DNA of 64,000 nucleotides from an uncultured virus (IMG/VR IMGVR_UViG_3300020572_000004) (Duplodnaviria > Heunggongvirae > Uroviricota > Caudoviricetes), in the IMG/VR virus record IMGVR_UViG_3300020572_000004; one strand, given 5' to 3'. Shown here in pieces: positions 43,010-51,835 of this stretch. Both the position numbers and the translations under genes were made by a program. How positions within the stretch are numbered: the stretch's first letter is position 1; every line of letters begins with the position of its first letter. A model generated the notes under the pieces. It was not told where the DNA came from and made no database searches. It worked only from the letters and a program-made list of their open reading frames with translations.

Positions 43010-43399
43010 TCAACGTTCGCTCTCGGCGATTTCCTCAGGAGTTGCAATATAGCAAACACCGTCAAAATCAGTGTCAGCATAATCATTGGCGATCGCTTCA
43101 GTTTTTGCAGCCTTAACAAGTTTCGCTGCTTTCTTTGCAGCAGGTTTTGTTGCTTTCTTTGCAGCAGGTTTTGTTGCTTTCTTTGCAGCAGCCTTGACAA
43201 TCTTCACGTCAGCATCAAGTGTCGCGGCATAAAGGCCACGAGAGATTGCTTTTTCTTTGCCTAGGAATGTTTCCAGAACTTCCTTACAAGTAAGGCCGTA
43301 TTGTTGGCCGGTCTGGTAAAGTGTCTTTGCTGAAAAACCAGCGGAGGCGTTGGGTTGTGCATTGAGGGCGTCAATCATTTCATTTACTTTTGTCATCAT
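43010..43399 (-). CDS. Protein with histone-H1-like AAKKATKP repeats
   Basis: Translated repeats; early promoter upstream. Confidence 0.7.
   Translation of the reverse strand: MMTKVNEMIDALNAQPNASAGFSAKTLYQTGQQYGLTCKEVLETFLGKEKAISRGLYAATLDADVKIVKAAAKKATKPAAKKATKPAAKKAAKLVKAAKTEAIANDYADTDFDGVCYIATPEEIAESER
43126..43192. repeat. 24-bp coding tandem repeat, about 2.7 copies
   Basis: TGCTTTCTTTGCAGCAGGTTTTGT units. Confidence 0.9.
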
Positions 43400-43469
43400 A
43401 ATGTGTGTTTATTTGGTTTCCTTACGGTGTTATTGTATCAACTTTTGTCGCTCTTGTAAAGGACAAAAT

Positions 43470-43562
43470 TCATTGTTTTGTTTCAGAAGCAAAAAACGTT
43501 GAGACAAAAAACGTTGCAAGAATGAGCGCGATTGCGGCAAGTTCTAAAGCGGCGTTTTGCAT
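43470..43562 (-). CDS. 30-aa hydrophobic peptide
   Basis: MQNAALELAAIALILATFFVSTFFASETKQ* directly after the promoter at 43590-43618. Confidence 0.55.
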   Translation of the reverse strand: MQNAALELAAIALILATFFVSTFFASETKQ

Positions 43563-43577
43563 AATATTTTATGGTTT

Positions 43578-43672
43578 CCTTACAGAATTATTATACCATA
43601 TTTTTCAGGACTTGTAAAGGAAAAAATGAAGAAAAATGCATATTTTTTTGGCCATTGAAAATCAACGAGTTA
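43578..43672 (-). promoter_or_regulatory. Early promoter with IHF-like box
   Basis: TTTACA-N17-TATAAT; AATCAACGAGTTA at 43660-43672. Confidence 0.8.
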
Positions 43673-43748
43673 CGCAAATGACCATTTTTGAGCGGAAATT
43701 CAGAGGATTTGCAGCTTCTTTACAGCGGATTGCCCAGCAGATTAAGCA

Positions 43749-43790
43749 TAAAGGCATGAAATCCCATTTTCAGAGATTTCATGCCTTTTT
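43749..43790. terminator. Terminator-like hairpin
   Basis: AAAGGCATGAAATC/GATTTCATGCCTTT. Confidence 0.7.
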
Positions 43791-43819
43791 CGGACTGTGG
43801 TTTAAGCCACAGACATTTT

Positions 43820-44254
43820 TCAGTTTAAGATGTAAACGTCAGTCCACGCCGGTGTGGTTTTTGACATATGACTTATGGCTCGGTTTGATGCAACAAATAC
43901 ATCAAACACATATGCTTTTCCGCGCGCTGCCTTTTTGCTTGTTACAGCAGATCCACGATCTTGAACGGTAAATTTCCCGTCATCAATCTTGTTCTTCAGT
44001 GCAGGAATATACACGCGCGTTCCAAACTTAAAGTCTGGATGCGCAGCTACAGTTATTCCTTGACGTGCTGCCTTAACGGCTGGCGATGCTACGCGGCTGC
44101 CCCAACGATCTTGTCCAGGGCAGTAATATGTAATGCGGGCTCTTACTATGTGTACAACTGTTATTGTATCTAAACGTGCCGTTTCGGCAATAGAGACAGG
44201 CGAGCAACTGAACAGAGACAGCACCAATGCTAGGGATATTGCTATTCTTTTCAT
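43820..44254 (-). CDS. 3D-domain (lytic transglycosylase-like) lipoprotein
   Basis: Signal peptide ending LFSC; ITYY, VAAHP, VQDRGSAV, FDVF. Confidence 0.8.
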   Translation of the reverse strand: MKRIAISLALVLSLFSCSPVSIAETARLDTITVVHIVRARITYYCPGQDRWGSRVASPAVKAARQGITVAAHPDFKFGTRVYIPALKNKIDDGKFTVQDRGSAVTSKKAARGKAYVFDVFVASNRAISHMSKTTPAWTDVYILN

Positions 44255-44442
44255 TGTGTTGTTGGGTTGTGGTATTTTATTTTGTTTTGGTTTCAGAGAG
44301 AGTATCATACCACATTTCATACTCTTCTCCGCTTTGTGTATAGACTCAACTTTCGCTATAGTCTCACACGAGTGTAGAGTCAGCTAACATAGCAGTCTCC
44401 ATTTGTTTTGTAGATTTCCTACAAAATTATTTATCAAAGCAT

Positions 44443-45012
44443 TTATGTCCAAAGGACTTTTACATGTCGCACAATGGTCGTCATTGCATCTTGATCACGC
44501 TGTTCAATCAAAGATTCTAGACGATTTGTTTCAGCGTATGCTTCAGCAAAACTCATACCATACAGCGTTTCGCATGAACGCATACATCTTGATTTGTTTC
44601 CTGCGGCATCAAACGTTGGCTCTTCAAATACGCCATGAACACCAGGAAGCATCTTTGGGTAGCTGTCATCATGCGCAGCTTGCATTGCATCACGTTCATG
44701 TTTAACATAATTATAGGCATCACGCAATTCGCCATATGTTTTCTGGATATCATCAATATATTCTTGTGTAATGTGACCAGCCGCAAGTTCTTTACTCCAA
44801 TCGGTGTCAAGTTGACTCAATCCTTTTTCTTTCTCTACAAAGTCAATTAGGATTGCAAACAATACACGCGGTACCAATTCGACTTTATCACAGTATGTGC
44901 GCGGGATGACTCGTGTAAGCCAACGCTGCTGTGGAATAAAGAAACCACGAATGCTCCAGTAAAGACAGGAACGTGCATAGCTGTTGGTAAATAATAGTAT
45001 CAGTCTTTTCAT
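44443..45012 (-). CDS. Hypothetical protein
   Basis: 189-aa ORF; ATGA overlap. Confidence 0.65.
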   Translation of the reverse strand: MKRLILLFTNSYARSCLYWSIRGFFIPQQRWLTRVIPRTYCDKVELVPRVLFAILIDFVEKEKGLSQLDTDWSKELAAGHITQEYIDDIQKTYGELRDAYNYVKHERDAMQAAHDDSYPKMLPGVHGVFEEPTFDAAGNKSRCMRSCETLYGMSFAEAYAETNRLESLIEQRDQDAMTTIVRHVKVLWT

Positions 45013-45668
45013 ATGTATTTTAATTTAAAATTTCCGTCATCATATATCTCAATGTATGAACATGTTTCATCGCAAAAGCTTCCGCTGTTGGCATAGGTGC
45101 AATTGGCATAAACGCGTACTTCAGGATAGTGTGTATGACCAGCTAACAATACATCGTGCGCACGGCCATGCTTTTGAACAAACCTTTCACGAATAGTATC
45201 CTTAGCTCTAATCCATGATTTGCTAAGCTGTTTGATCTTGCGTGTAAAGCGATGGCGACGATCAAACTTTTGAATCCAGTAGTATGCTCCAGTAAAGAAC
45301 CATGTAATGAATGGGCGTTCGCTGATCCACTCATCATAGTTATGGCCGTGCTCTATGCGAAACTTTACGCCGTTTATCTCTATAGCATAATGATCAACCA
45401 AATCCATGCCAGCTATTGCGCTCAAGAATTCTGCGTCTTCATCATGATTGCCGTATACCAATACCACATGATGACTTTTTGATAGCTTGCGAATTTTGCT
45501 AAGAATCTTCCAATCCTTTTTATCATAGCGATGAAATGAATAGTTGTCAAACAAGTCTCCATTGATGACGAGTGTGTTAAATTTAAAGTTCAGTACCTGC
45601 AGCACCTTTTCTTTTTGACTTACACTGGTGCCCAAGTGAACATCGCTAATGACTAGCGTATTAATCAT
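45009..45668 (-). CDS. Calcineurin-like metallophosphoesterase (LpxH-like)
   Basis: SDVHLG, GDLFD, GNHD, HGH, GHTH, NSGS. Confidence 0.9.
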   Translation of the reverse strand: MINTLVISDVHLGTSVSQKEKVLQVLNFKFNTLVINGDLFDNYSFHRYDKKDWKILSKIRKLSKSHHVVLVYGNHDEDAEFLSAIAGMDLVDHYAIEINGVKFRIEHGHNYDEWISERPFITWFFTGAYYWIQKFDRRHRFTRKIKQLSKSWIRAKDTIRERFVQKHGRAHDVLLAGHTHYPEVRVYANCTYANSGSFCDETCSYIEIYDDGNFKLKYI

Positions 45669-45957
45669 TGGTTACTGTTTCATCAGATAGTTCGTCACGA
45701 TTCATTGCAGCTGTAATATAGCCTATTAGAATGGTTGTCATTTCTGCTTGAATGCGATCATCGCTCCAGCCTGATTCTTTACGAAAGTCGAGAATCATTT
45801 CTGCTATGCGCAATGACTCCATCAATAGAGCGCCATCAGCAAATACGTCATATACTTGTGTGCGGTATGCATTGCTAGACCGATGGTTGAAGCGCAATTC
45901 AACGTCAGATGTTTCTTTAAAGTGATGTGTGATAGCGACTGAGATAAGTGGAATCAT
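45661..45957 (-). CDS. Hypothetical protein
   Basis: ORF and gene packing. Confidence 0.55.
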   Translation of the reverse strand: MIPLISVAITHHFKETSDVELRFNHRSSNAYRTQVYDVFADGALLMESLRIAEMILDFRKESGWSDDRIQAEMTTILIGYITAAMNRDELSDETVTND

Positions 45958-45962
45958 AAGTG

Positions 45963-46238
45963 TTATTTGCTTTCTTTAAATGTTACAGTGCCTTCCCATA
46001 CACCAAAGTCGCTTTGCTCGCGCATTGTCCATGTCTCAGGCACTTCTCCTTCACGCATAGGTCGCGTAGTATACCATAATGAAGAATTGCCTTCTTTAGA
46101 CGTCTTCCAAGTTGCAATAACAAATTTGTTTCCAAGTGGAACGTCTACATTCATGTTTCCGCCAAAGGCCTTAGCTCGTTGGTTTTCTGTGCATGATAAT
46201 AGTAATGCTGATGCAAGGATTAGTGGCAGTAGTTTCAT
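45963..46238 (-). CDS. Phage lipoprotein
   Basis: LLLSC lipobox; TENQRAKAFGG...LWYTTRPM. Confidence 0.75.
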   Translation of the reverse strand: MKLLPLILASALLLSCTENQRAKAFGGNMNVDVPLGNKFVIATWKTSKEGNSSLWYTTRPMREGEVPETWTMREQSDFGVWEGTVTFKESK

Positions 46239-46291
46239 ATTGATAATTTATTGGTTTTCTAAAATGTATTTGGCGAGGATGTATTTTTCTT

Positions 46292-46426
46292 TTAGAGAAG
46301 GCTAACAGCTTTACCGCGAAAGGCTACAATTACAGCATTAAGTGCCGTGCCAATTGCACAAATAAGAAACATGGTGCCTAGCCAGATCCAAAATGAAGAG
46401 AAGACGAATTTAAGTATTTCAAGCAT
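46292..46426 (-). CDS. 44-aa membrane peptide (absent from the ORF track)
   Basis: MLEILKFVFSSFWIWLGTMFLI... Confidence 0.55.
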   Translation of the reverse strand: MLEILKFVFSSFWIWLGTMFLICAIGTALNAVIVAFRGKAVSLL

Positions 46427-46441
46427 AATCGTATTGTTGTG

Positions 46442-46687
46442 TTAGCAGAGAATCCTATCGGTTTTTGGGAAGTGGCTTTTTTCTAGAAGAACCTTTTGAT
46501 CGTGCGTGATGGTTTCCATGATCTTCTTAGCATAGTGTACTGGGTCAAATTCTACAAGTCCCACATCGTTATATCCACCACAGCTGAGGAAAAGCGCAAT
46601 GTCGCGCAATGCATCCTCTGCTGCAGCTGCTTTTAGTTCTGCCGCTTCGGCTCGGTGTAGTAATAATATTGTGTCACTGTTGGTCAT
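46442..46687 (-). CDS. Hypothetical protein
   Basis: ORF and gene packing. Confidence 0.55.
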   Translation of the reverse strand: MTNSDTILLLHRAEAAELKAAAAEDALRDIALFLSCGGYNDVGLVEFDPVHYAKKIMETITHDQKVLLEKSHFPKTDRILC

Positions 46688-46691
46688 ATTA

Positions 46692-46892
46692 TCAAATGGT
46701 ATGCTTTACTAGAGTCTGCAGCAGGTGATCATAGTCACCACTCATGCAATCATCCAACACAGCTTTAATTTCAGCAGCTGTGCGCCCTTGCTGCCGAGCT
46801 GCTTTTTGAAATGCTCCCATGAGTGAGAATGCATTACCGTCAAGGCCAACAAGTTTTAGTTTAATTGCTTCACAATGTAGTGTTTCAGTCAT
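46692..46892 (-). CDS. Conserved small phage protein
   Basis: LVGLDGNAFSLMG...MSGDYDHLLQ. Confidence 0.7.
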   Translation of the reverse strand: MTETLHCEAIKLKLVGLDGNAFSLMGAFQKAARQQGRTAAEIKAVLDDCMSGDYDHLLQTLVKHTI

Positions 46893-46893
46893 A

Positions 46894-47280
46894 TTATTTT
46901 ATTTCAATTGCGTTCCATTTACTGTTAAAACCATAGTATACATTTTTCTCATAGTATCTTTTGACTAGACCTTTACCAGCATTCATATTGACGATATCTT
47001 TATACTCGCTGAACACTATTTCGTCAACACTATCTGTGATGATGACCATTTTATTATTAATCATAACATTTGATAGGATTTTTACAGGTACTTCTTTAAT
47101 AAAGGTTGTCTCTGTATTAGCATCTACAATCGTAGCTGGCATCAACCCAAACATCGCTGAAAACATTAATGGTAAAAGAATACATGCTGGAGAGGTTGAA
47201 TCACCACTCATATCCATGGCGAATCCAAGGGAAAAGGTCAACGGGAGTAGTATAAAAAATGTAATTTCAATCCATGTCAT
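46894..47280 (-). CDS. Membrane protein
   Basis: Two N-terminal hydrophobic helices. Confidence 0.6.
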   Translation of the reverse strand: MTWIEITFFILLPLTFSLGFAMDMSGDSTSPACILLPLMFSAMFGLMPATIVDANTETTFIKEVPVKILSNVMINNKMVIITDSVDEIVFSEYKDIVNMNAGKGLVKRYYEKNVYYGFNSKWNAIEIK

Positions 47281-47302
47281 AATTTTATTGTATTAGAGTT
47301 TC

Positions 47303-47491
47303 TTACCAATGAGTATATTCAACAATTGCTCCATCCTCGCAACGCCATTTAGCATGAACGTAACTTTCAACGCAGCTATCATCACATGTCTCAAAAATGC
47401 CTAAGCGTTCACGAAGATCATACATAGCTTCAACATAAGCTTTGCAGGCTCCTGCTGCTTCTTCGCGGGTGTTATAAATGATTTCTTTCAT
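47303..47491 (-). CDS. Hypothetical protein
   Basis: ORF and gene packing. Confidence 0.55.
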   Translation of the reverse strand: MKEIIYNTREEAAGACKAYVEAMYDLRERLGIFETCDDSCVESYVHAKWRCEDGAIVEYTHW

Positions 47492-47510
47492 ACTCTTATT
47501 ATATTAGTGA

Positions 47511-47594
47511 TTAACAACCGCAGCATGGTGCATCTTCGCAGCCGCACGGTGAGTCATTTGGAGAATCTTCAATGTCGTATTTCATATTGGTCAT
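47511..47594 (-). CDS. 27-aa Cys-rich microprotein
   Basis: MTNMKYDIEDSPNDSPCGCEDAPCCGC*; first gene after the promoter at 47623-47651. Confidence 0.65.
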   Translation of the reverse strand: MTNMKYDIEDSPNDSPCGCEDAPCCGC

Positions 47595-47610
47595 AATCAG
47601 TAGTGGTTTG

Positions 47611-47701
47611 CCTTACGAGATTATTATACACTAAAAAAAGCGTCTTGTAAAGGAAAAAATGCATGCATTTTTTTGTGTTTTTGTTGATTTTCAATGAGTT
47701 A
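47611..47701 (-). promoter_or_regulatory. Early promoter with IHF-like box
   Basis: TTTACA-N17-TATAAT; TTTCAATGAGTTA at 47689-47701. Confidence 0.75.
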
Positions 47702-48157
47702 CGGCATTATCTTTACAGCCGTCACTGTATCAGCGAGTTCGCATACTTTATGGGAGATATGAAGCATTGGGCTTCCATCATACCAGACAGCATCATCGAT
47801 GTATAATCCATAACCGTATACCCGATTCAGAGTGGTCAAGTCACGCACATCAAAGCCTACAAGATCATCCATGTTGATTGGTGGTTTTTCCCAGCTGAAA
47901 CTTTGCATAGTAAACATCTTTTGATTGTTGCGATATTCGTCCAATCCTTCAACCCAGAATTCTTCCAGATATACATAAGTGCTGCTGCTGTTGAGGCTGG
48001 TTTTTCTTACAGTATATTCTTGCCCTGGCACAAGAAGAGTCTTTTCATCTTCAATCACATTGGTAAAATATCCCCATTCCGCTGGAGCTTTAAAAGTAAT
48101 CTTTTGCCCAGGCAGAGGGAGTCCGTGCAGTTTGCTGTATTTGTTGAATATGCTCAT
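47699..48157 (-). CDS. Hypothetical protein
   Basis: 152-aa ORF; ATGA overlap with the Pth2 gene. Confidence 0.6.
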   Translation of the reverse strand: MSIFNKYSKLHGLPLPGQKITFKAPAEWGYFTNVIEDEKTLLVPGQEYTVRKTSLNSSSTYVYLEEFWVEGLDEYRNNQKMFTMQSFSWEKPPINMDDLVGFDVRDLTTLNRVYGYGLYIDDAVWYDGSPMLHISHKVCELADTVTAVKIMP

Positions 48158-48573
48158 AGGAGTGGTAGTAGTGAAGTTACGCCGTGGAAGCGATCATCAT
48201 AATGAGGACCAATTGCAATGCAGGTTTTTGTTGGCACACCGCCAAACTCGGTTGTACCGTTGTCGGTTATCAGATGTGAGGTTAATCCTGCGGCCTTTGC
48301 GGCTGCATGAACAGCTTCAAGAGCGGCTTCGCTGTCAACATAACATACAATCTTTCGGAAAGAATTCTTCAACCAATGATCAATTTCATCGGCATGTGTT
48401 TCACTCCAAATGGTATCGGTACAAAACCAATATTCTTGTGTAACTGCTAAGCGCTCTTTGCGCATACGCTCAGTTAGAAATGCCATGCTGGCATGACCTC
48501 CTTGTGCAACCATTTTTCCTTTGCGCATATTTAGATCATTGCGCATTACAATTACCTGTTTAGTATTCTTCAT
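48154..48573 (-). CDS. pth2: Peptidyl-tRNA hydrolase type 2
   Basis: KQVIVMRNDLNMRKGKMVAQGGHA, ITDNGTTEF, AIGP. Confidence 0.92.
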   Translation of the reverse strand: MKNTKQVIVMRNDLNMRKGKMVAQGGHASMAFLTERMRKERLAVTQEYWFCTDTIWSETHADEIDHWLKNSFRKIVCYVDSEAALEAVHAAAKAAGLTSHLITDNGTTEFGGVPTKTCIAIGPHYDDRFHGVTSLLPLL

Positions 48574-49093
48574 TGTGTAGTGTATTTAGAAAATGTTTTA
48601 CGTCCTTTTCAAATGTACAGTCAGGATAGGTTATACCATAGTATGCTTGCACATGATGATAGCGGCTGCTATCAATACCAATCAGTCTCATCTTTTCGAT
48701 GTTATGTCTGGGATGCAGATTGTCAATAAGTACATTGTGGGCGTGTGATAGCGTCGCATGTGGAAGCGTTGTTCTTGAGCCGTATGCTAACGGATACTCA
48801 TGTTGTTGCAACGTTTCACGCGTAAGAATATGACTATCATCAAAGTTCCATCCAGCTAGCTCTGATATTTTACTAGCATAATCTCGAGTACTAGCTGTAA
48901 GAATATAAACATTCTCATGCCCTAATAACTCTCGACTATACTCAATAAGAGATGCAGCAGCTGGGCGCACCTTTGTGTGGTACTTGTGACGGTCGCCATC
49001 AAGTGTAAACATAAAGTGATGGCCCTCAAAATCTGCATTAAACGATGTATGCATTAAGCATTCATCAATGTCCCAAAATATATTCTTAATCAT
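48560..49093 (-). CDS. HAD-family (FCP1/NIF-like) phosphatase
   Basis: WDIDECLMH, RP, LTAS..DYA, LIDN. Confidence 0.8.
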   Translation of the reverse strand: MIKNIFWDIDECLMHTSFNADFEGHHFMFTLDGDRHKYHTKVRPAAASLIEYSRELLGHENVYILTASTRDYASKISELAGWNFDDSHILTRETLQQHEYPLAYGSRTTLPHATLSHAHNVLIDNLHPRHNIEKMRLIGIDSSRYHHVQAYYGITYPDCTFEKDVKHFLNTLHNEEY

Positions 49094-49308
49094 AATGTTG
49101 TTGTAATATCCCAATGATGTATAAACTCTTTAAATCCACCGCGCCATTCCCACGATCCATCTCTTAATATGAAATCACCAGCGCCTTCAATATCAGCAGA
49201 CACAAGTTGAGCTTCACAATGGCGATCAGTTAATCCCCAACTTGTATACTTGCGACCCATAATGATTGGGTATTTCTCTAATAGTGTTTTTTGTATAATG
49301 TTGTCCAT
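49090..49308 (-). CDS. Hypothetical protein
   Basis: ATGA overlap. Confidence 0.5.
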   Translation of the reverse strand: MDNIIQKTLLEKYPIIMGRKYTSWGLTDRHCEAQLVSADIEGAGDFILRDGSWEWRGGFKEFIHHWDITTTL

Positions 49309-49468
49309 TTTTACCAATGATGTATTGCGTTTGCTATAATAAAACCGCAGGTGATTAGATTTATAATCCAAAAGAATGATCTGATAGCTGCTGCAGCATC
49401 TGCTTCACCGCTGTCATTACTAATCTTATTGCCCATGGTTTTACACCATACACGCCATGCTCTCTTCA

Positions 49469-49741
49469 TTAAAATTCGTCTAGGTAATCTTGTTGGTATT
49501 CGTTGACGCCGCATTCTTTGCATTGATCCCACAGTAGTCCAAGACCCGGTCCTTCCCAATCTCCGCATTTTAAATAGGCACAATAGCCATTTTCTTGGGT
49601 TGGCTTGGTAGGGTCACGATCCCAAAAAGGACACAGTTGCATCTTGCCAGCAGCATCACGCGTATAGCAATATGATCCTTCGGGAATCATGCTCTTGCAT
49701 TGTTCAGCTGTCAATTTTAATGTATATGTTTCAATTCCCAT
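49469..49741 (-). CDS. Cys-rich hypothetical protein
   Basis: IPEGSYCY, CPFW, GYC, LLWDQCKECGVN. Confidence 0.7.
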   Translation of the reverse strand: MGIETYTLKLTAEQCKSMIPEGSYCYTRDAAGKMQLCPFWDRDPTKPTQENGYCAYLKCGDWEGPGLGLLWDQCKECGVNEYQQDYLDEF

Positions 49742-50000
49742 CTTCAGATATAAGCTGATATTCTAAACGATACTTACACAATGTGAATTCAAGAAAATTC
49801 TCTAGTGCATAGCGGTCTCCATTACTGTCAACGCTATCAAGCAGATCAGCTTTACACATTCTATCATTAGTATAAAAATAAGAGGTGTGTGGAAGAACAC
49901 TCGAATAAACAAAATGTACTCCTCCTAAAGCATCGACATGCGTGCACGCATAGCGGCCTGATGGTTTATGTTTGTATAGATATACCGTTTCCTCTTTCAT
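49731..50000 (-). CDS. Hypothetical protein
   Basis: ORF and gene packing. Confidence 0.55.
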   Translation of the reverse strand: MKEETVYLYKHKPSGRYACTHVDALGGVHFVYSSVLPHTSYFYTNDRMCKADLLDSVDSNGDRYALENFLEFTLCKYRLEYQLISEDGN

Positions 50001-50401
50001 TCTGTTAATGCTTTTGCAATTTCTTTACGACCCCATTCGTTAGCACTGTGAATATAACACTTTGGTAACTGCACACCAGCAGCTTCACATTGTTGCACTA
50101 AGTATTGAGCACATGCGCGACCAGTCAGGTTCTTAAGATTGCCATATTCAATAACTCCAGTTTGCTGTGTGACGCTAAAGTAATGAATGATGTGTTCTTC
50201 ATGCAGGTCATGGTCAAATGACACTGTCTTCGGAATCATATGTTTGACCATCAAACAAAATTCTGAATAGTCGCGAACAACTACCCAATTGTCAGCTGCT
50301 ATGCCACTCTTGTCCGTCAGCTTGCATTTGTCATCATAAAGATATGCGGCCTCAGGATTGCGCAAGTCGTCAAGAAAAAGGTTATATGAGGTAAGAGCCA
50401 T
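49997..50401 (-). CDS. Cyclic-phosphate-processing receiver-domain protein
   Basis: LFLDDLRNP, VSFDHDL, TG, HSAN..G. Confidence 0.82.
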   Translation of the reverse strand: MALTSYNLFLDDLRNPEAAYLYDDKCKLTDKSGIAADNWVVVRDYSEFCLMVKHMIPKTVSFDHDLHEEHIIHYFSVTQQTGVIEYGNLKNLTGRACAQYLVQQCEAAGVQLPKCYIHSANEWGRKEIAKALTE

Positions 50402-51088
50402 TTGCTTGTGTACCAAATATATTGTATACCTGCTCAAAGAATTCACGCGTCATTTTTTCACTGGTTGGCGATTCAATTTCCTCAAGCAATGGATTGGTCA
50501 ATACATCTTGATCGGCCAAACCATATTCACGTTTCCATTCTTTAAGTGTCTTTTTTTCGTTTTCTAAATTCATATTGTGTTTTTATTTAATAGCTCACAA
50601 AATTCCTTATATGATATTGGAATATCGCTTGCAACAATCACTGTCACATTTTCCTCATAGTGTAACCAGTCGGCTACGCTTTTCTTACTGAAAGCTTTAT
50701 CCCAATTGGAACGCCCTTCACTACTGAGAATGCCGCTCTTAATTTCAGCACCTGTTATATCATTCTTACTTGCCATAAAGGTTTTCCTTTACCATTTGAG
50801 AATAAGAATCTTCGTGTTCATAGCTATTAAAAATGTAATCAAAAAGCCATGAGTTGTCTTCATCAAGATCACACTCTTCACATAGAGTAGAGTATACGGT
50901 TTCTTGAAGTTTGTTTAAATCGCTTATTGCGCTGCGCGCAGTTTCAATCTTCGCTATCTGTTCTTGTGTTAACTTTTTCATATCTTTCAGTTAATCTGTT
51001 CAATGCAAGTGCATAATTTAATTGTTTAATAGTCCGAGCATCACTATAAAAAGTTTTGCCTCGGAAAGTATACAATTCTTGTTTAGTT
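50382..51088 (-). CDS. Run of four small hypothetical ORFs (50382-50573, 50570-50776, 50766-50981, about 50944-51088)
   Basis: Tightly overlapping small ORFs in the ORF track. Confidence 0.5.
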
Positions 51089-51094
51089 GTTTCT

Positions 51095-51799
51095 TCAGTA
51101 CCAGTGGTCATATTTTTTTCTATATTCATTTATGAGAGTTTGAGTTTTAGATAGTTTGATTGCAAGATCTTCAATGCCAAAAACGGGTTGATCTTCAATC
51201 AGTACTGCTTCGATGTTGTCAATAAGACGCTGCTCAGCATTTGGATTTTTATGACGCATTTCATGACATCGCGCGCGATTTTCAGCCATGGCCGCTTCTC
51301 TCGCGGTACGGCGATCCTCAATTTCCTGTTGTGTATATTTGACTGGTAGTGTATGTTCGCTCTGCGAAATTTGAATCAGTTGCCCATTTTGAAACAATGA
51401 TTTATATTCAACCCAACCATCCGCAAACATATCTTGTTGATAGTCATCACCAGTTTTTTTATCAGCATGAGGATAACTGTCATAAAAATGAACCACTCCG
51501 TTAAAGTGAAGACACTGTTCTGTCCATTCGCGAACAACTTTATTGTAGCCGAGATTCCAAAATGCCTGCAATGGTGTTGCATCATCTTCTTTATTTTCAG
51601 GAGTGTCTACCCATTCATATTCCTTACAGTTAACCAATAAGCACCCATCTGCAGTAATGGTGTATGAAGCCATCCCTTGATTTGGTGTATCTTTAGTTTG
51701 AAACGCAATGTCTCCAACAGTTTTGCCCCAGCGATCAATCAATGCCTGTGGGCATGATGGCAGCGGATATTCACAATGTATATAGTCGAACAGTCCCAT
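51095..51799 (-). CDS. Hypothetical phage protein
   Basis: MGLFDYIHC...FQTKD motif. Confidence 0.65.
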   Translation of the reverse strand: MGLFDYIHCEYPLPSCPQALIDRWGKTVGDIAFQTKDTPNQGMASYTITADGCLLVNCKEYEWVDTPENKEDDATPLQAFWNLGYNKVVREWTEQCLHFNGVVHFYDSYPHADKKTGDDYQQDMFADGWVEYKSLFQNGQLIQISQSEHTLPVKYTQQEIEDRRTAREAAMAENRARCHEMRHKNPNAEQRLIDNIEAVLIEDQPVFGIEDLAIKLSKTQTLINEYRKKYDHWY

Positions 51800-51835
51800 A
51801 GTATTATATATTAAGCGGTTTATTTTTCAAACAGT

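Noticed and set aside
42484..43264. Long plus-strand ORFs (210 and 181 aa); likewise 56094-56777
   Set aside because: They are antisense shadows of recognisable minus-strand genes.
44330..44375. c-di-GMP-I riboswitch
   Set aside because: GAAA tetraloop present, but the conserved GGCAAAC/GACGCAAAGC core is not recognisable; kept only as an unassigned structured leader.
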